In this document: positions 41,932-51,338 of the stretch, piece by piece
Numbering within the stretch: position 1 is the first letter of the stretch
Layout: each line of letters opens with the position of its first letter
Assembly: GCA_963740315.1 (NCBI GenBank)
Contig: CAVUDP010000002.1
Coordinates: forward strand, 2,144,001-2,208,000
Reading direction: 5' to 3'
DNA length: 64,000 nucleotides
Origin: an uncultured cyanobacterium
GTDB taxonomy: Bacteria; Cyanobacteriota; Cyanobacteriia; Cyanobacteriales; Nostocaceae
Translations under genes and position numbers: made by a program
Notes under the pieces: model-generated
Seen by the model: the letters and a program-made list of their open reading frames with translations, nothing else
What the model was told of the DNA's origin: nothing
Databases searched by the model: none

Positions 41932-42393
41932 TCAAGCAACAGCAACAATTTCTTTTTCTTTCATATCGGCGTAAATATAAGGCATCATTTTTGCATCGGG
42001 TTCGATTTCAACCCAAACTTGAGCGCCACAACCGAGGGGATTGTTAGGACGATAAATTATCCGACAAGTACCAGTTATTTCAAATTCGTGGCAATAATCA
42101 ATTTGACTTCCCTGTTGAACTCTGAGTACGGGTTCATTTTCTTTCTTCTTTTTGTTGCTCTTAATTTTGTGACTATTAACGCAAATGTTAGTAAATGCCT
42201 TGGAAACTCGCTTTCTCCAAGTACCTTTAGGACCTCTATTACCTTCTTCAATTTTGGGCATTCCGCTAAATAAAGGAATCTGCCAAAATCTACCTTCTTT
42301 TTTAGCTCCGATAACTCTGCCTTCCTGTAACAAACACCGCACTCTTTGATCGCAAATTTTTAACAAACGTGCTGCTTCTTTTGTTCCAACCAT
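41932..42393 (-). CDS. Excisionase-like HTH DNA-binding protein with uncharacterised C-terminal domain
   Basis: MVGTKEAARLLKICDQRVRCLLQEGRVIGAKKEGRFWQIP (HTH_17/MerR-like wing). C-terminal CHEFEITGTCRIIYRPNNPLGCGAQVWVE. Confidence 0.8.
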   Translation of the reverse strand: MVGTKEAARLLKICDQRVRCLLQEGRVIGAKKEGRFWQIPLFSGMPKIEEGNRGPKGTWRKRVSKAFTNICVNSHKIKSNKKKKENEPVLRVQQGSQIDYCHEFEITGTCRIIYRPNNPLGCGAQVWVEIEPDAKMMPYIYADMKEKEIVAVA

Positions 42394-42410
42394 GATAATT
42401 AACACCCATT

Positions 42411-42458
42411 AAACTATATCGCTATAGTTTTTATATCATCTGGAAAAAGAAAAATCAA
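42411..42458 (-). promoter_or_regulatory. Sigma70-like promoter with overlapping palindromic operator
   Basis: Minus strand reads TTGATT-N17-TATAAA (preceded by TGA), running directly into the perfect inverted repeat AAACTATA-TCGC-TATAGTTT (42411-42430, plus-strand reading). Confidence 0.6.
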
Positions 42459-42580
42459 GTAGTTTGAGAAAAAAAGTTTGGCAATGAAATTCCAAGCTAA
42501 AAAAGATACAGAAGGTTAAATCCGTAAAAAGATAGTTGTAACTTGGTAGATAAAGAAAGTAAGACTATTGATAAAAAATT

Positions 42581-44362
42581 ATGATTTCCAACCAGCAAAC
42601 AAATGCGAATAATTTAAAACCGAGATTTGAAGGCTTTTTTATGGAAATGGTGATGCCTGACTTGGAGGATAGGTGTCAGGAGGTTGTAGCGCAGGTGCTT
42701 GGTAAAGATTGGAAAGTTCAAGCAATTGGGGATAATTTGACCGAATTTGAAATTTTGCTTGAAGATGATGCGGTATCGGTTAAACTTGCTTGGGATAAGA
42801 CTTATGAACTGCGATCGCAACCGGGTGTAGTTGATGTGGAGCCGTTATTTACAGTTCCGGTAAGGGAAGTTAGGAAGCCAGAAGAACAGGTAGTAAAAAC
42901 CAAGAGTTCTGAAAGTAAATCTCTTTTCGACCTAATTTTTCAGTTTCTAGACAAGTTGTTAGATTTATTTACTGGTTCGGGTGTTGAAACTGGACTTTCT
43001 ACCGATGATGTAAATTGGGTTTTGAAGGAATTAAAAGTTTTTCAAGCGTGGGAGAAGTATTTTCCCGACTCGAATAAACCACCGGGACATGGAATAATTA
43101 TTGCTCATCCGGATACTGGATATACGACACATCCAGAAATTGCGGATAATTTGCTGCTTTCGGAAGGTTACGATTTTGTTGGTTTGGATGAAGATGAAAC
43201 AGATCCTTTAGAAAAGTCAGATGCGGAATTAGTAAATAATCCCGGTCACGGTACCTTAGCAGCAAGCGTGATGGTAAGTCCGCCTTTAGCGCAGGGTAAT
43301 TATGATAATGGTAAGTACGTTACGGGTGTAGCTCCCGGTGCGAAGTTGGTGCCATTGCGAGTATCTTATTCGGTGGTACTTTTGAGCAATCGTAATTTAG
43401 CGAAAGCGATTGAATATGCGGCTGATAAAGGTTTTCATATAGTTTCAATATCCTTGGGAGCGGCTTTTTATAATAAGCGGTTGCGGAGTGCCATCCTTTA
43501 CGCGCAAAAACGGGGTGTAATTATCATTGCGGCATCGGGTACCTGGGTTCCTTTTGTGATATTCCCGGCAGCTTACGATGAAGTAATTGCAGTTTGCGGC
43601 AGTACGGTTGAACGCAAGATTTGGTGGGGTGCATCAAAGGGGAGAAAAGTTGATGTTAGCGCACCGGGGAAAGGAGTTTGGTATGCCAGAACTGTGAAGG
43701 AAAACGGCGAATTAAAATATAAAATTAAACAAGGTTCGGGTACTTCGTTATCTACACCATTAGTTGCGGGTGTTGCAGCCTTATGGTTGTCTTATCACGG
43801 TAGAGATAATTTAGTTCGTCGTTATGGTGCGGAGAAAATTCCGTTTATATTTAATCAGTTGCTGCGGGAAACTTGTGATGTTCCTCCCAATTGGAAGCCG
43901 ACAAGATATGGTGCAGGGATTGTAAATGCTGCAAAGTTGTTAGATGCACCGCTACCGGATAACGTAAATCGTTCGGTGATTCCTCCAGCTTTTGCATTGC
44001 AGCAACATACTCTGGTGGAAAGTGGGGAATTGGATACTTTTGCTCATATGTTTGAATCGGAAGAAATGAGCGTTAATTATTTGAATTCCCAGCTTGCACA
44101 GTTGTTAAAAACCAATGAAACGGAATTACCAAAGAAGTTAAAAGAAGTTGGAGGGGAGTTATCCTTTTGCTTTGCAGCTAATGGGGAATTGTACGATAAA
44201 TTTGCAGCTTCTTTGAATCAAGAGAAAGGCGATCGGCAACAACCATTAAGTAGGGAATTTCAGAGTTTAGCAGTTCAACCATCCGATTCTGGGAAGGAAA
44301 TGCGCGATATGTTGTTAAATCTTGGTGTTTCGGACAACTTGAATCGGAAATTAGGGAATTAG
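42581..44362 (+). CDS. S8 (subtilisin-like) serine peptidase
   Basis: HPDTG, GHGT, GVAPGA, SGTSLSTPLVAGVAAL and YGAGIVNA. The usual AAAGN oxyanion motif reads AASGT. Confidence 0.9.
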   Translation: MISNQQTNANNLKPRFEGFFMEMVMPDLEDRCQEVVAQVLGKDWKVQAIGDNLTEFEILLEDDAVSVKLAWDKTYELRSQPGVVDVEPLFTVPVREVRKPEEQVVKTKSSESKSLFDLIFQFLDKLLDLFTGSGVETGLSTDDVNWVLKELKVFQAWEKYFPDSNKPPGHGIIIAHPDTGYTTHPEIADNLLLSEGYDFVGLDEDETDPLEKSDAELVNNPGHGTLAASVMVSPPLAQGNYDNGKYVTGVAPGAKLVPLRVSYSVVLLSNRNLAKAIEYAADKGFHIVSISLGAAFYNKRLRSAILYAQKRGVIIIAASGTWVPFVIFPAAYDEVIAVCGSTVERKIWWGASKGRKVDVSAPGKGVWYARTVKENGELKYKIKQGSGTSLSTPLVAGVAALWLSYHGRDNLVRRYGAEKIPFIFNQLLRETCDVPPNWKPTRYGAGIVNAAKLLDAPLPDNVNRSVIPPAFALQQHTLVESGELDTFAHMFESEEMSVNYLNSQLAQLLKTNETELPKKLKEVGGELSFCFAANGELYDKFAASLNQEKGDRQQPLSREFQSLAVQPSDSGKEMRDMLLNLGVSDNLNRKLGN

Positions 44363-44370
44363 GAAGAGAT

Positions 44371-44498
44371 GGGGAGTACTTCGACAAGTCTTACAGTGAG
44401 CTACGTCGAACTGCTCAGTAACCTTTGGGGTTCGGGGGAGTACTTCGACAAGTCTTACAGTGAGCTACGTCGAACTGCTCAGTAACCTTTGGGGTTCG
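44371..44498. repeat. Two tandem 64-bp copies of a composite small dispersed repeat; third copy inverted at 51244-51303
   Basis: Unit ggggagtacttcgacaagtcttacagtgagctacgtcgaactgctcagtaacctttggggttcg. Confidence 0.9.
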
Positions 44499-44508
44499 GG
44501 GGAATTAT

Positions 44509-44612
44509 AAGTACTTAAGCAAAATTAATTGTATATTGTCCGAAGCGAGGAACGAAGCAATCCCAATAACTTGAAGCTTTCCGAATGTAAAATTAATTTT
44601 GCACGACTACTT
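44509..44612. mobile_element. MITE-like element (~104 bp) with imperfect 22-bp terminal inverted repeats
   Basis: Left end aagtacttaagcaaaattaatt; right end aattaattttgcacgactactt (reverse complement aagtagtcgtgcaaaattaatt). Confidence 0.6.
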
Positions 44613-44657
44613 GTGCGATCGCGTTTAATATCAGTAATTATCTTTTAAAGCTCTACT

Positions 44658-45122
44658 ATGATTCGTTCTGCGAATTCCGATGACAAGACGGCTTTGATGG
44701 CTTTAGCTGAAGCGATCGCTTTATTTGAAGCGAACGAACTCGACGAAATGAGCGGTATGCTGTCTGAATATTTTGATGGCAATCTTGGCAACGAACATTT
44801 TTGGATTGCTGATGATGATAACGGAATACAAGCGGCTGCTTACTATGCACCAGAGATGTTGGCTGGTGGAACTTGGAATCTTTACTTTATTGGAGTGCAG
44901 CCAAATTGTCAGGGAAAAGGACGCGGTACTTTATTGCTGCGTTACGTCGAACAACATTTAAAAGAACGCGGCGAGCGTTTGCTATTGGTGGAAACGTCGG
45001 GTTTGGATAGTTTCGAGCAGACGCGGACTTTTTACCGCAAAAATGGGTATGAGCAGGAAGCAAGAATTCGCGATTATTATAAAGCGGGTGAAGATAAGAT
45101 TATTTTCCGCAAAGCTTTGTGA
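44658..45122 (+). CDS. GNAT-family acetyltransferase
   Basis: WNLYFIGVQPNCQGKGRGTLLL and FYRKNGY motifs. Confidence 0.9.
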   Translation: MIRSANSDDKTALMALAEAIALFEANELDEMSGMLSEYFDGNLGNEHFWIADDDNGIQAAAYYAPEMLAGGTWNLYFIGVQPNCQGKGRGTLLLRYVEQHLKERGERLLLVETSGLDSFEQTRTFYRKNGYEQEARIRDYYKAGEDKIIFRKAL

Positions 45123-45429
45123 ATGGGAGATGGGGAGAAAACACCATTCAACCCCATAGTGCAGACATCGCAGCTAATGTAGAGACTATTATTTTACGTC
45201 TCTTTTATTTTGGGTTGTAACAAGAATTATTGAATAAATAGTTATTAATAGAGAGCAAGATACGAACGCTACAAAAAATATTTTTCAGAATAATATAAAC
45301 GCGCTCAATTGTTTAACCCTTCCAGTTGCGATAACCGACTTTTGACCATTTCAACTCAATTAAAGTATCCTTAATGTAGAAACTTGTGATTTTTTCACAA
45401 ATTACTGCATTATCTTTATTTTATAAGCC

Positions 45430-46716
45430 ATGCTCATTGAATTTAGTGTCGGCAACTACAGATCGTTTAAAGAGCCAGTCACTTTTAGTATGGTGGCAGC
45501 TAACCTTGTCGCAAAAGATAAAGAATTAGATGAAAACAACGTTTTTGCAGTAGACAATGAGTTGAAGCTGCTTAAAAGTGCTGCAATATATGGAGCAAAT
45601 GCCAGCGGTAAAAGCAACCTTGCCAAAGCTTTAGAGTTCATGAAGTCGTTTATGGTTAATTCATCCAGAGAAACCCAAAGTACCGATGCAATAAATGTAG
45701 AACCTTTTCGGCTCAGTACGGATACAGAAGATAAACCATCTTATTTTGAGTTGGTGTTTTTGATGGATGGAAAAAGATATAGATACGGTTTTGAAGCAAA
45801 TCAAAAACAAATTATCTCGGAGTGGTTATATTATGTCCCCAAAGTTAGGGAAACCAAATTATTCGAGCGTGAAATGAATAATTTTAAAATATCTAAAAGT
45901 TATGAAGCAAGCGGTATTCAAAAAAGAACAAGAGATAATGCATTATTTTTATCTGTTTCCGCTCAATTTAATGTTGGAATTGCAGAAAAAATTTTAGATT
46001 TTGTAAATCATGAACTAAATATTATTTCACCATCACAGCAAGATATATGTTTAATTTATACTATTGATTGCTTAATTAATGATGACAACAAGAATGACAT
46101 TCTTAAATTGATAAAAAAATTAGATTTGGGAATTGATAATATTCAAGTTGAACCAAGAGATTTTACAAATGATACATTACCCAATAATTTGCCAGACAAT
46201 ATGAAGCAAATTACTCTCAATCTTAAAAGAGCTAATACTGCTTCAATTGATACTATGCATCAAAAATTTGATAAAAATAACAATTATCATTCAATAGAGA
46301 AATTTAATTTTAAAAATCATGAATCTGAAGGAACGCAAAAAGTTTTTGCTTTATCTGGATTGCTAATACAGACTCTTAAGGAAGGGGATGTTCTTATTAT
46401 TGATGAGTTAGATGCAAGACTTCATCCTTTGATAACGACTGCAATTGTTGAGTTATTTAATTCTAAAGAAGCAAATCCAAACAACGCTCAATTAATATTC
46501 ATGACTGACGATACTAACTTACTTAGCAATAAACTGTTTCGTCGCGACCAAATCTGGTTTACCGAAAAAAATAGATATGGAGCAACCGATTTATATTCCT
46601 TAGCAGAATACAAAATACGCAACGACGCATCATTTGAAAGCGATTATATCAAAGGTAGATATGGTGCAATTCCATATATTGGAGATTTGACTCATTTAGT
46701 TGATTCTGATGTCTAA
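45430..46716 (+). CDS. AAA_21/ABC-type ATPase (RloA/AbiL-associated type)
   Basis: MLIEFSVGNYRSF, Walker A YGANASGKSN, ESEGT signature, Walker B IIDELDARLHP, RRDQIWF and YIKGRYGAIP. Confidence 0.9.
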   Translation: MLIEFSVGNYRSFKEPVTFSMVAANLVAKDKELDENNVFAVDNELKLLKSAAIYGANASGKSNLAKALEFMKSFMVNSSRETQSTDAINVEPFRLSTDTEDKPSYFELVFLMDGKRYRYGFEANQKQIISEWLYYVPKVRETKLFEREMNNFKISKSYEASGIQKRTRDNALFLSVSAQFNVGIAEKILDFVNHELNIISPSQQDICLIYTIDCLINDDNKNDILKLIKKLDLGIDNIQVEPRDFTNDTLPNNLPDNMKQITLNLKRANTASIDTMHQKFDKNNNYHSIEKFNFKNHESEGTQKVFALSGLLIQTLKEGDVLIIDELDARLHPLITTAIVELFNSKEANPNNAQLIFMTDDTNLLSNKLFRRDQIWFTEKNRYGATDLYSLAEYKIRNDASFESDYIKGRYGAIPYIGDLTHLVDSDV

Positions 46717-47311
46717 AAAGAATAGAAGCTTTCGTGGATATTCATCCAGAAAAATTGATACTAGAGAAGTCAGACAGAGATTTTTGATAGTATGTGAAGG
46801 AGAAAAAACTGAACCCAACTATTTTAGAAGTTTTCGCGTTCCGAAGAATGTTGTTGAAATAGATGTACAAGGTTTGGGTGAAAATCCCAGTAAACTTGTT
46901 AAGAGCGCAAAAAGGCTGAATGAAAAAGAAGATTACGACCAAGTTTGGTGTGTTTTTGACCGGGATGCTTGGAATAAAGAAGATTTTAATAACGCGATTA
47001 AAAATGCTGGTGATTTTGGATTTAAAGTAGCTTATTCTAATGAAGCTTTTGAATTATGGTACGTTTTGCACTTTGAATTTCTTAATACTGGTATTCCTCG
47101 AAGCGATTATATCAAGAAATTAAAATCATTACTCGGTCATAAATATCAGAAGAATAGCGAAACAATTTACGAAGAATTATTTAATAAACAACCTACCGCA
47201 ATTAAAAACGCCACAACTCTGTTAAAACAATATTCTCCTCAAAATCCAGTCGAAAATAATCCCTCCACAACGGTTCATTTATTAGTGCAAGAACTGAATA
47301 GATTCATCTAA
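46709..47311 (+). CDS. RloB-family (TOPRIM-like) protein
   Basis: FLIVCEGEKTEPNYF, VWCVFDRD, SNEAFELWYVLHF and NPSTTVHLLV. The start overlaps the ATPase stop. Confidence 0.9.
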   Translation: MSKKNRSFRGYSSRKIDTREVRQRFLIVCEGEKTEPNYFRSFRVPKNVVEIDVQGLGENPSKLVKSAKRLNEKEDYDQVWCVFDRDAWNKEDFNNAIKNAGDFGFKVAYSNEAFELWYVLHFEFLNTGIPRSDYIKKLKSLLGHKYQKNSETIYEELFNKQPTAIKNATTLLKQYSPQNPVENNPSTTVHLLVQELNRFI

Positions 47312-47342
47312 TGATAGCCAGCCATTTCAATCTTCCAATATC

Positions 47343-47434
47343 AGGACTTACACAGCGACAACGGAAAATATAGTGTTCTAAATGTTGCGATCCCCCCAAC
47401 CCCCCTTATTTAAGGGGGGCTTTACGTAAACCCT
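47343..47434. mobile_element. 92-bp MITE (AGGACTTACGCA-type TIR), copy 1
   Basis: aggacttacaca...ccccccaacccccc...ggggggctttacgtaaaccct. Same length and internal sequence as the copies at 57466-57557 and 60488-60579. Confidence 0.75.
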
Positions 47435-47640
47435 AAATATCTCTCCTTACTTCTTCCCTCTGCGAACGAGAGCGCCTAGTAAGGTTTTTTCTTTTAATTT
47501 TTTCTTTCAACAAGAACAGAATAGTTCAGCCCACGCAGATGGCGAGAGCTATCCGAAAATATTGCAGAAAACAGAATTTACCACCTTTAAGACTATCTGA
47601 TATTGTTTACTAAGAAATATTCACGGTATATAAAAATTTA

Positions 47641-48684
47641 ATGCGTAAATTCAAACTTTTACTTTTATCCTTACCCATCTTCCTTGCCATATCTTCCTGC
47701 GTTGCCGAACCGACGGCGGAGAATAGCAACAGTCGTTTAAATGCAGTAAAAAATCGCAAAAATTTAATTTGTGGAGTTAGCGGACAATTACCCGGCTTCA
47801 GCTTCGTTGACAGTAGCGGTAATTACAGCGGACTTGATGTAGATGTATGTCGCGCTGTTTCAGCTGCTTTATTTGACGATCCAAATGCAGTGGAATTCCG
47901 TCAACTCAACGCCAAAGAACGATTTACCGCATTACAAACCGGGGAAGTAGACATTCTCAGCCGCAACACCACCTGGACGATGAGCCGCGATACTTCTGTC
48001 GGTTTAAACTTCGCACCTGTAGTATTTTACGACGGTCAAGGCATGATGGTACGAAAAAATAGTAATATCAAATCCTTGTCCGACCTCAAAGGCAAAGCAA
48101 TCTGCACCCAAACCGGAACCACCAACGAACAAAATTTAGCCGATCAAATGCGAAAGCGGGGAATTACCTACAAATCCGTAGTTTTTGAAGACGTAAATAC
48201 AACTTATTCAACCTATCAACAAGGACGCTGCGACGCAATTACATCCGATAAATCCCAATTAATTTCCCGACGCACCACCTTACCGAAACCAGAAGACCAC
48301 ATAATTTTAGAAGAAGCCTTATCGCAAGAACCCCTTACACCAGCAGTAGCAGACGGAGATGCAAAATGGGGAGATACCGTGAGATGGGTAGTAAATACAG
48401 TTATCAAAGCTGAAGAATTAGGTATTAATTCGCAAAATGTAGAACAGTTGAAAACTACTACTAAAGACCCAGAAACCAGGAGATTACTAGGAGTTGAAGG
48501 AGATTTAGGTCAAGGAATTGGTTTAACACCGGACTTCGGTGAAAGAATAATTAAGCACGTTGGAAACTACGGCGAAATCTACGATCGCAATCTCGGTCCC
48601 AAAACAAAACTTAATTTACCCCGCGACAATCGCAATCAACCTTGGACAAAAGGTGGGTTGTTGTATTCTCCACCATTCCGATAA
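47641..48684 (+). CDS. natF: Amino acid ABC transporter substrate-binding protein (N-II system)
   Basis: Lipobox ISSC; LICGVSGQLPGFS, RFTALQTGEVDILSRNTTWT and VGNYGEIYDRN. First gene of a 4-gene operon. Confidence 0.85.
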   Translation: MRKFKLLLLSLPIFLAISSCVAEPTAENSNSRLNAVKNRKNLICGVSGQLPGFSFVDSSGNYSGLDVDVCRAVSAALFDDPNAVEFRQLNAKERFTALQTGEVDILSRNTTWTMSRDTSVGLNFAPVVFYDGQGMMVRKNSNIKSLSDLKGKAICTQTGTTNEQNLADQMRKRGITYKSVVFEDVNTTYSTYQQGRCDAITSDKSQLISRRTTLPKPEDHIILEEALSQEPLTPAVADGDAKWGDTVRWVVNTVIKAEELGINSQNVEQLKTTTKDPETRRLLGVEGDLGQGIGLTPDFGERIIKHVGNYGEIYDRNLGPKTKLNLPRDNRNQPWTKGGLLYSPPFR

Positions 48685-48946
48685 CAGTTAGCAGTGAGCA
48701 GTGAGCAGTTAACAGCGAGCAGTGAATAATTATTTATACATGATGAAAATGAATATAAAAAAATAAAAGTCTTATTGGTAACTTTTATGCTAGATTCCTT
48801 GTAAAAAAGTTTCTATAAGGCTGACAATCTAAGAGAAATTACGTTTGGCAAACAAAATTGTTTATAACTACATAACAAAAATGGCTGCAACTAAAATGCG
48901 TAACAACTTAACTGCTCACTGCTCACTGCTCACTGTTCACTGATTT

Positions 48947-49858
48947 ATGTCTTTTTTGCGAGATACCCGTTTTTGGAAGATAGCAACGCAGGTTATTGCT
49001 GTAATATTAGCGATAACTATTGTAAGTATTTTATTTGTTAACGTTAGTCGTAATTTACAACAGTTAGGAATTCAATTTGGATTCGATTTTCTGCAACAGG
49101 AAGCGTCTTTTGATATCGGTGAAACTCCCATCGCTTATAAACCTACCGACGATTACAGTCGGGCTTTATGGGTGGGTTTACTAAATACCATTAAAGTTGC
49201 TGTAGCGGGAATTATTCTTACTACTATTGTTGGAATTACTGCGGGAATCGCTAGACTTTCCGATAACTGGTTGGTGCGAAACATAGCTTTAATTTATGTA
49301 GAGATATTTCGCAATACACCATTACTTTTACAATTACTATTTTGGTATTCTGCTGTTTTCCTAAGTTTCCCGAATGTAAATAATAAAATCTCGTTGGGAG
49401 GATTAATTTATTTAAGTCAAGGTGGTTTAGAATTTTTAGGATTTAAATTTTCTTCAGAATTTGCAGCTTTATTAATTGGTTTAGTCTTTTATACAGGCTC
49501 CTTCATCGCCGAAATAGTTCGCGGTGGAATTCAATCGGTATCAAAAGGGCAATGGGAAGCAGCGCGATCGCTAGGTTTAAAACCTGGTTTAATCATGCGT
49601 TTGGTGATATTTCCTCAAGCCTTGCGGGTGATTATTCCATCTTTGACAAGTCAGTATTTAAACTTAGCTAAAAATTCCAGTTTGGCGATCGCGATCGGTT
49701 ATCCCGACATTTATTTCGTTGCTTCCACCACCTTTAACCAAACCGGGAAAGCAGTAGAAGTAATGTTATTAATCATGCTTACCTATTTAACTTTTAGTTT
49801 AACTATTTCCTTAGTGATGAACTTGTTTAATAGAAGCGTGCAGATAAAAGAGAGGTAG
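48947..49858 (+). CDS. natG: Amino acid ABC transporter permease
   Basis: FRNTPLLLQL, AEIVRGGIQSV, GQWEAARSLGL and KNSSLA. Confidence 0.85.
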   Translation: MSFLRDTRFWKIATQVIAVILAITIVSILFVNVSRNLQQLGIQFGFDFLQQEASFDIGETPIAYKPTDDYSRALWVGLLNTIKVAVAGIILTTIVGITAGIARLSDNWLVRNIALIYVEIFRNTPLLLQLLFWYSAVFLSFPNVNNKISLGGLIYLSQGGLEFLGFKFSSEFAALLIGLVFYTGSFIAEIVRGGIQSVSKGQWEAARSLGLKPGLIMRLVIFPQALRVIIPSLTSQYLNLAKNSSLAIAIGYPDIYFVASTTFNQTGKAVEVMLLIMLTYLTFSLTISLVMNLFNRSVQIKER

Positions 49859-49987
49859 GAAAGAGAGAGGGGGAAGAGGGGGAAGAGGGGGTAGAAATAA
49901 AAAATAATTACTAACTCCTAACTCCTAACTCCTAACTGTTCACTGTTCACTGTTCACTGCTCATTGTTCACTGTTAACTGTTAACTG
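49856..49987. repeat. STRR-type tandem repeats between permease genes
   Basis: ggggaagag, actccta and actgttc units. Similar tracts at 40703-40728, 48684-48725, 48911-48942, 57217-57252, 58600-58708 and 60141-60186. Confidence 0.85.
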
Positions 49988-49990
49988 ATT

Positions 49991-51115
49991 ATGATTTGGC
50001 TTCGTAAAAATTTATTTAGCACCTGGTACAATAGTTTATTTACAATAATTTGCTTAACAATTATCTTTTTCTTTGGGTGGAATCTAATTAACTGGATATT
50101 TACTCAAGCACAATGGCAGGTTATTGAAGCTAATTTACGTATATTCATAGTTGGGAGATATCCACAATCTTTATATTGGCGAGTTTGGATTTCAGCTTTA
50201 ATTGCTTCTATACTGACTTTTTTAAGTTTGGGTGTATTCTCAACAAAAGAAAATATACCAAAAATAACGTTAATAATTACAGCTTTCTTATACGGTGTTT
50301 TATTAATAGTCTTACCAATTGATTTAAACTCTCGTTTATTATTACTGGGTATCGGATTTTCAGGATTTATTAGTTTTTGGGTGGGAAAAAAGTTCGCTAA
50401 ATTAATATCACCATATTTAGCTTTCGCGTGGTTGCTATCTTTCCCGATAATTCTCTGGTTAATTGGCGGTGGATTGGGCTTGCGATCGGTATTTAGCTCT
50501 GACTGGAATGGTTTGCTTTTGACTTTGTTAATGGCAGCAATAAGTATTTTACTATCATTTCCCATCGGAATTTTACTCGCTTTAGGACGTACCAGCGATT
50601 TACCTGTAGTAAAGTGGTTTTCTATCCTTTATATTGAAATTATCCGAGGATTACCGTTAATTGGAATTTTGTTTTTAGCTCAAGTAATGCTGCCGTTATT
50701 TTTACCAATTCGTTTAGATAGAGTATTGCGCGGTGTCGCTGGATTAATAATATTTAGTGCTGCTTATATGGCAGAAAATGTTAGAGGAGGATTGCAATCG
50801 GTACCCAGGGGACAAGTTGAAGCAGCTAAAGTATTAGGATTAAATCCAGCTTTAGTATTATTGTTAATCGTATTACCGCAAGCCTTACGTGCAGTTATTC
50901 CCGCAATAGTCGGTCAATTCATCGGACTTTTCAAAGATACTTCTTTACTATCTTTAGTCGGATTACTAGAATTAACTGGAATGGCACGTTCCATATCAGC
51001 CCAACCGCAATTTTTAGGTCGTTATGCAGAAGTTTATTTATTTATCGGCTTAATTTACTGGGTATTTTGTTATTCAATGTCTCTTGCATCGAGGAAATTG
51101 GAAGTTAGTGGTTAG
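49991..51115 (+). CDS. natH: Amino acid ABC transporter permease
   Basis: WLRKNLFSTWYN, IRGLPLI, AYMAENVRGGLQ and FKDTSL. Confidence 0.85.
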   Translation: MIWLRKNLFSTWYNSLFTIICLTIIFFFGWNLINWIFTQAQWQVIEANLRIFIVGRYPQSLYWRVWISALIASILTFLSLGVFSTKENIPKITLIITAFLYGVLLIVLPIDLNSRLLLLGIGFSGFISFWVGKKFAKLISPYLAFAWLLSFPIILWLIGGGLGLRSVFSSDWNGLLLTLLMAAISILLSFPIGILLALGRTSDLPVVKWFSILYIEIIRGLPLIGILFLAQVMLPLFLPIRLDRVLRGVAGLIIFSAAYMAENVRGGLQSVPRGQVEAAKVLGLNPALVLLLIVLPQALRAVIPAIVGQFIGLFKDTSLLSLVGLLELTGMARSISAQPQFLGRYAEVYLFIGLIYWVFCYSMSLASRKLEVSG

Positions 51116-51338
51116 AAGTTACTTTCTATTCCAACAGAAGATTACCGATTATAAAAACCGCAGAGACACAGAGAGCGCTGAGAAAAGAAGTTTCATAGAG
51201 ATAAGAGTTGATAATTAATAATTCTCTCCCCTTCTCCCCATCTCCCCAAAGGTTACTGAGCAGTTCGACGTAGCTCACTGTAAGACTTGTCGAAGTACTC
51301 CCCATCTCCCTCCTCTACCCCCTCTCTCCCAAATTAAA

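Noticed and set aside
41827..42273. 148-aa plus-strand ORF
   Set aside because: Antisense shadow of the HTH gene with atypical composition.
44371..44498. Possible mini-CRISPR
   Set aside because: Two identical 64-bp units with no spacer variation.
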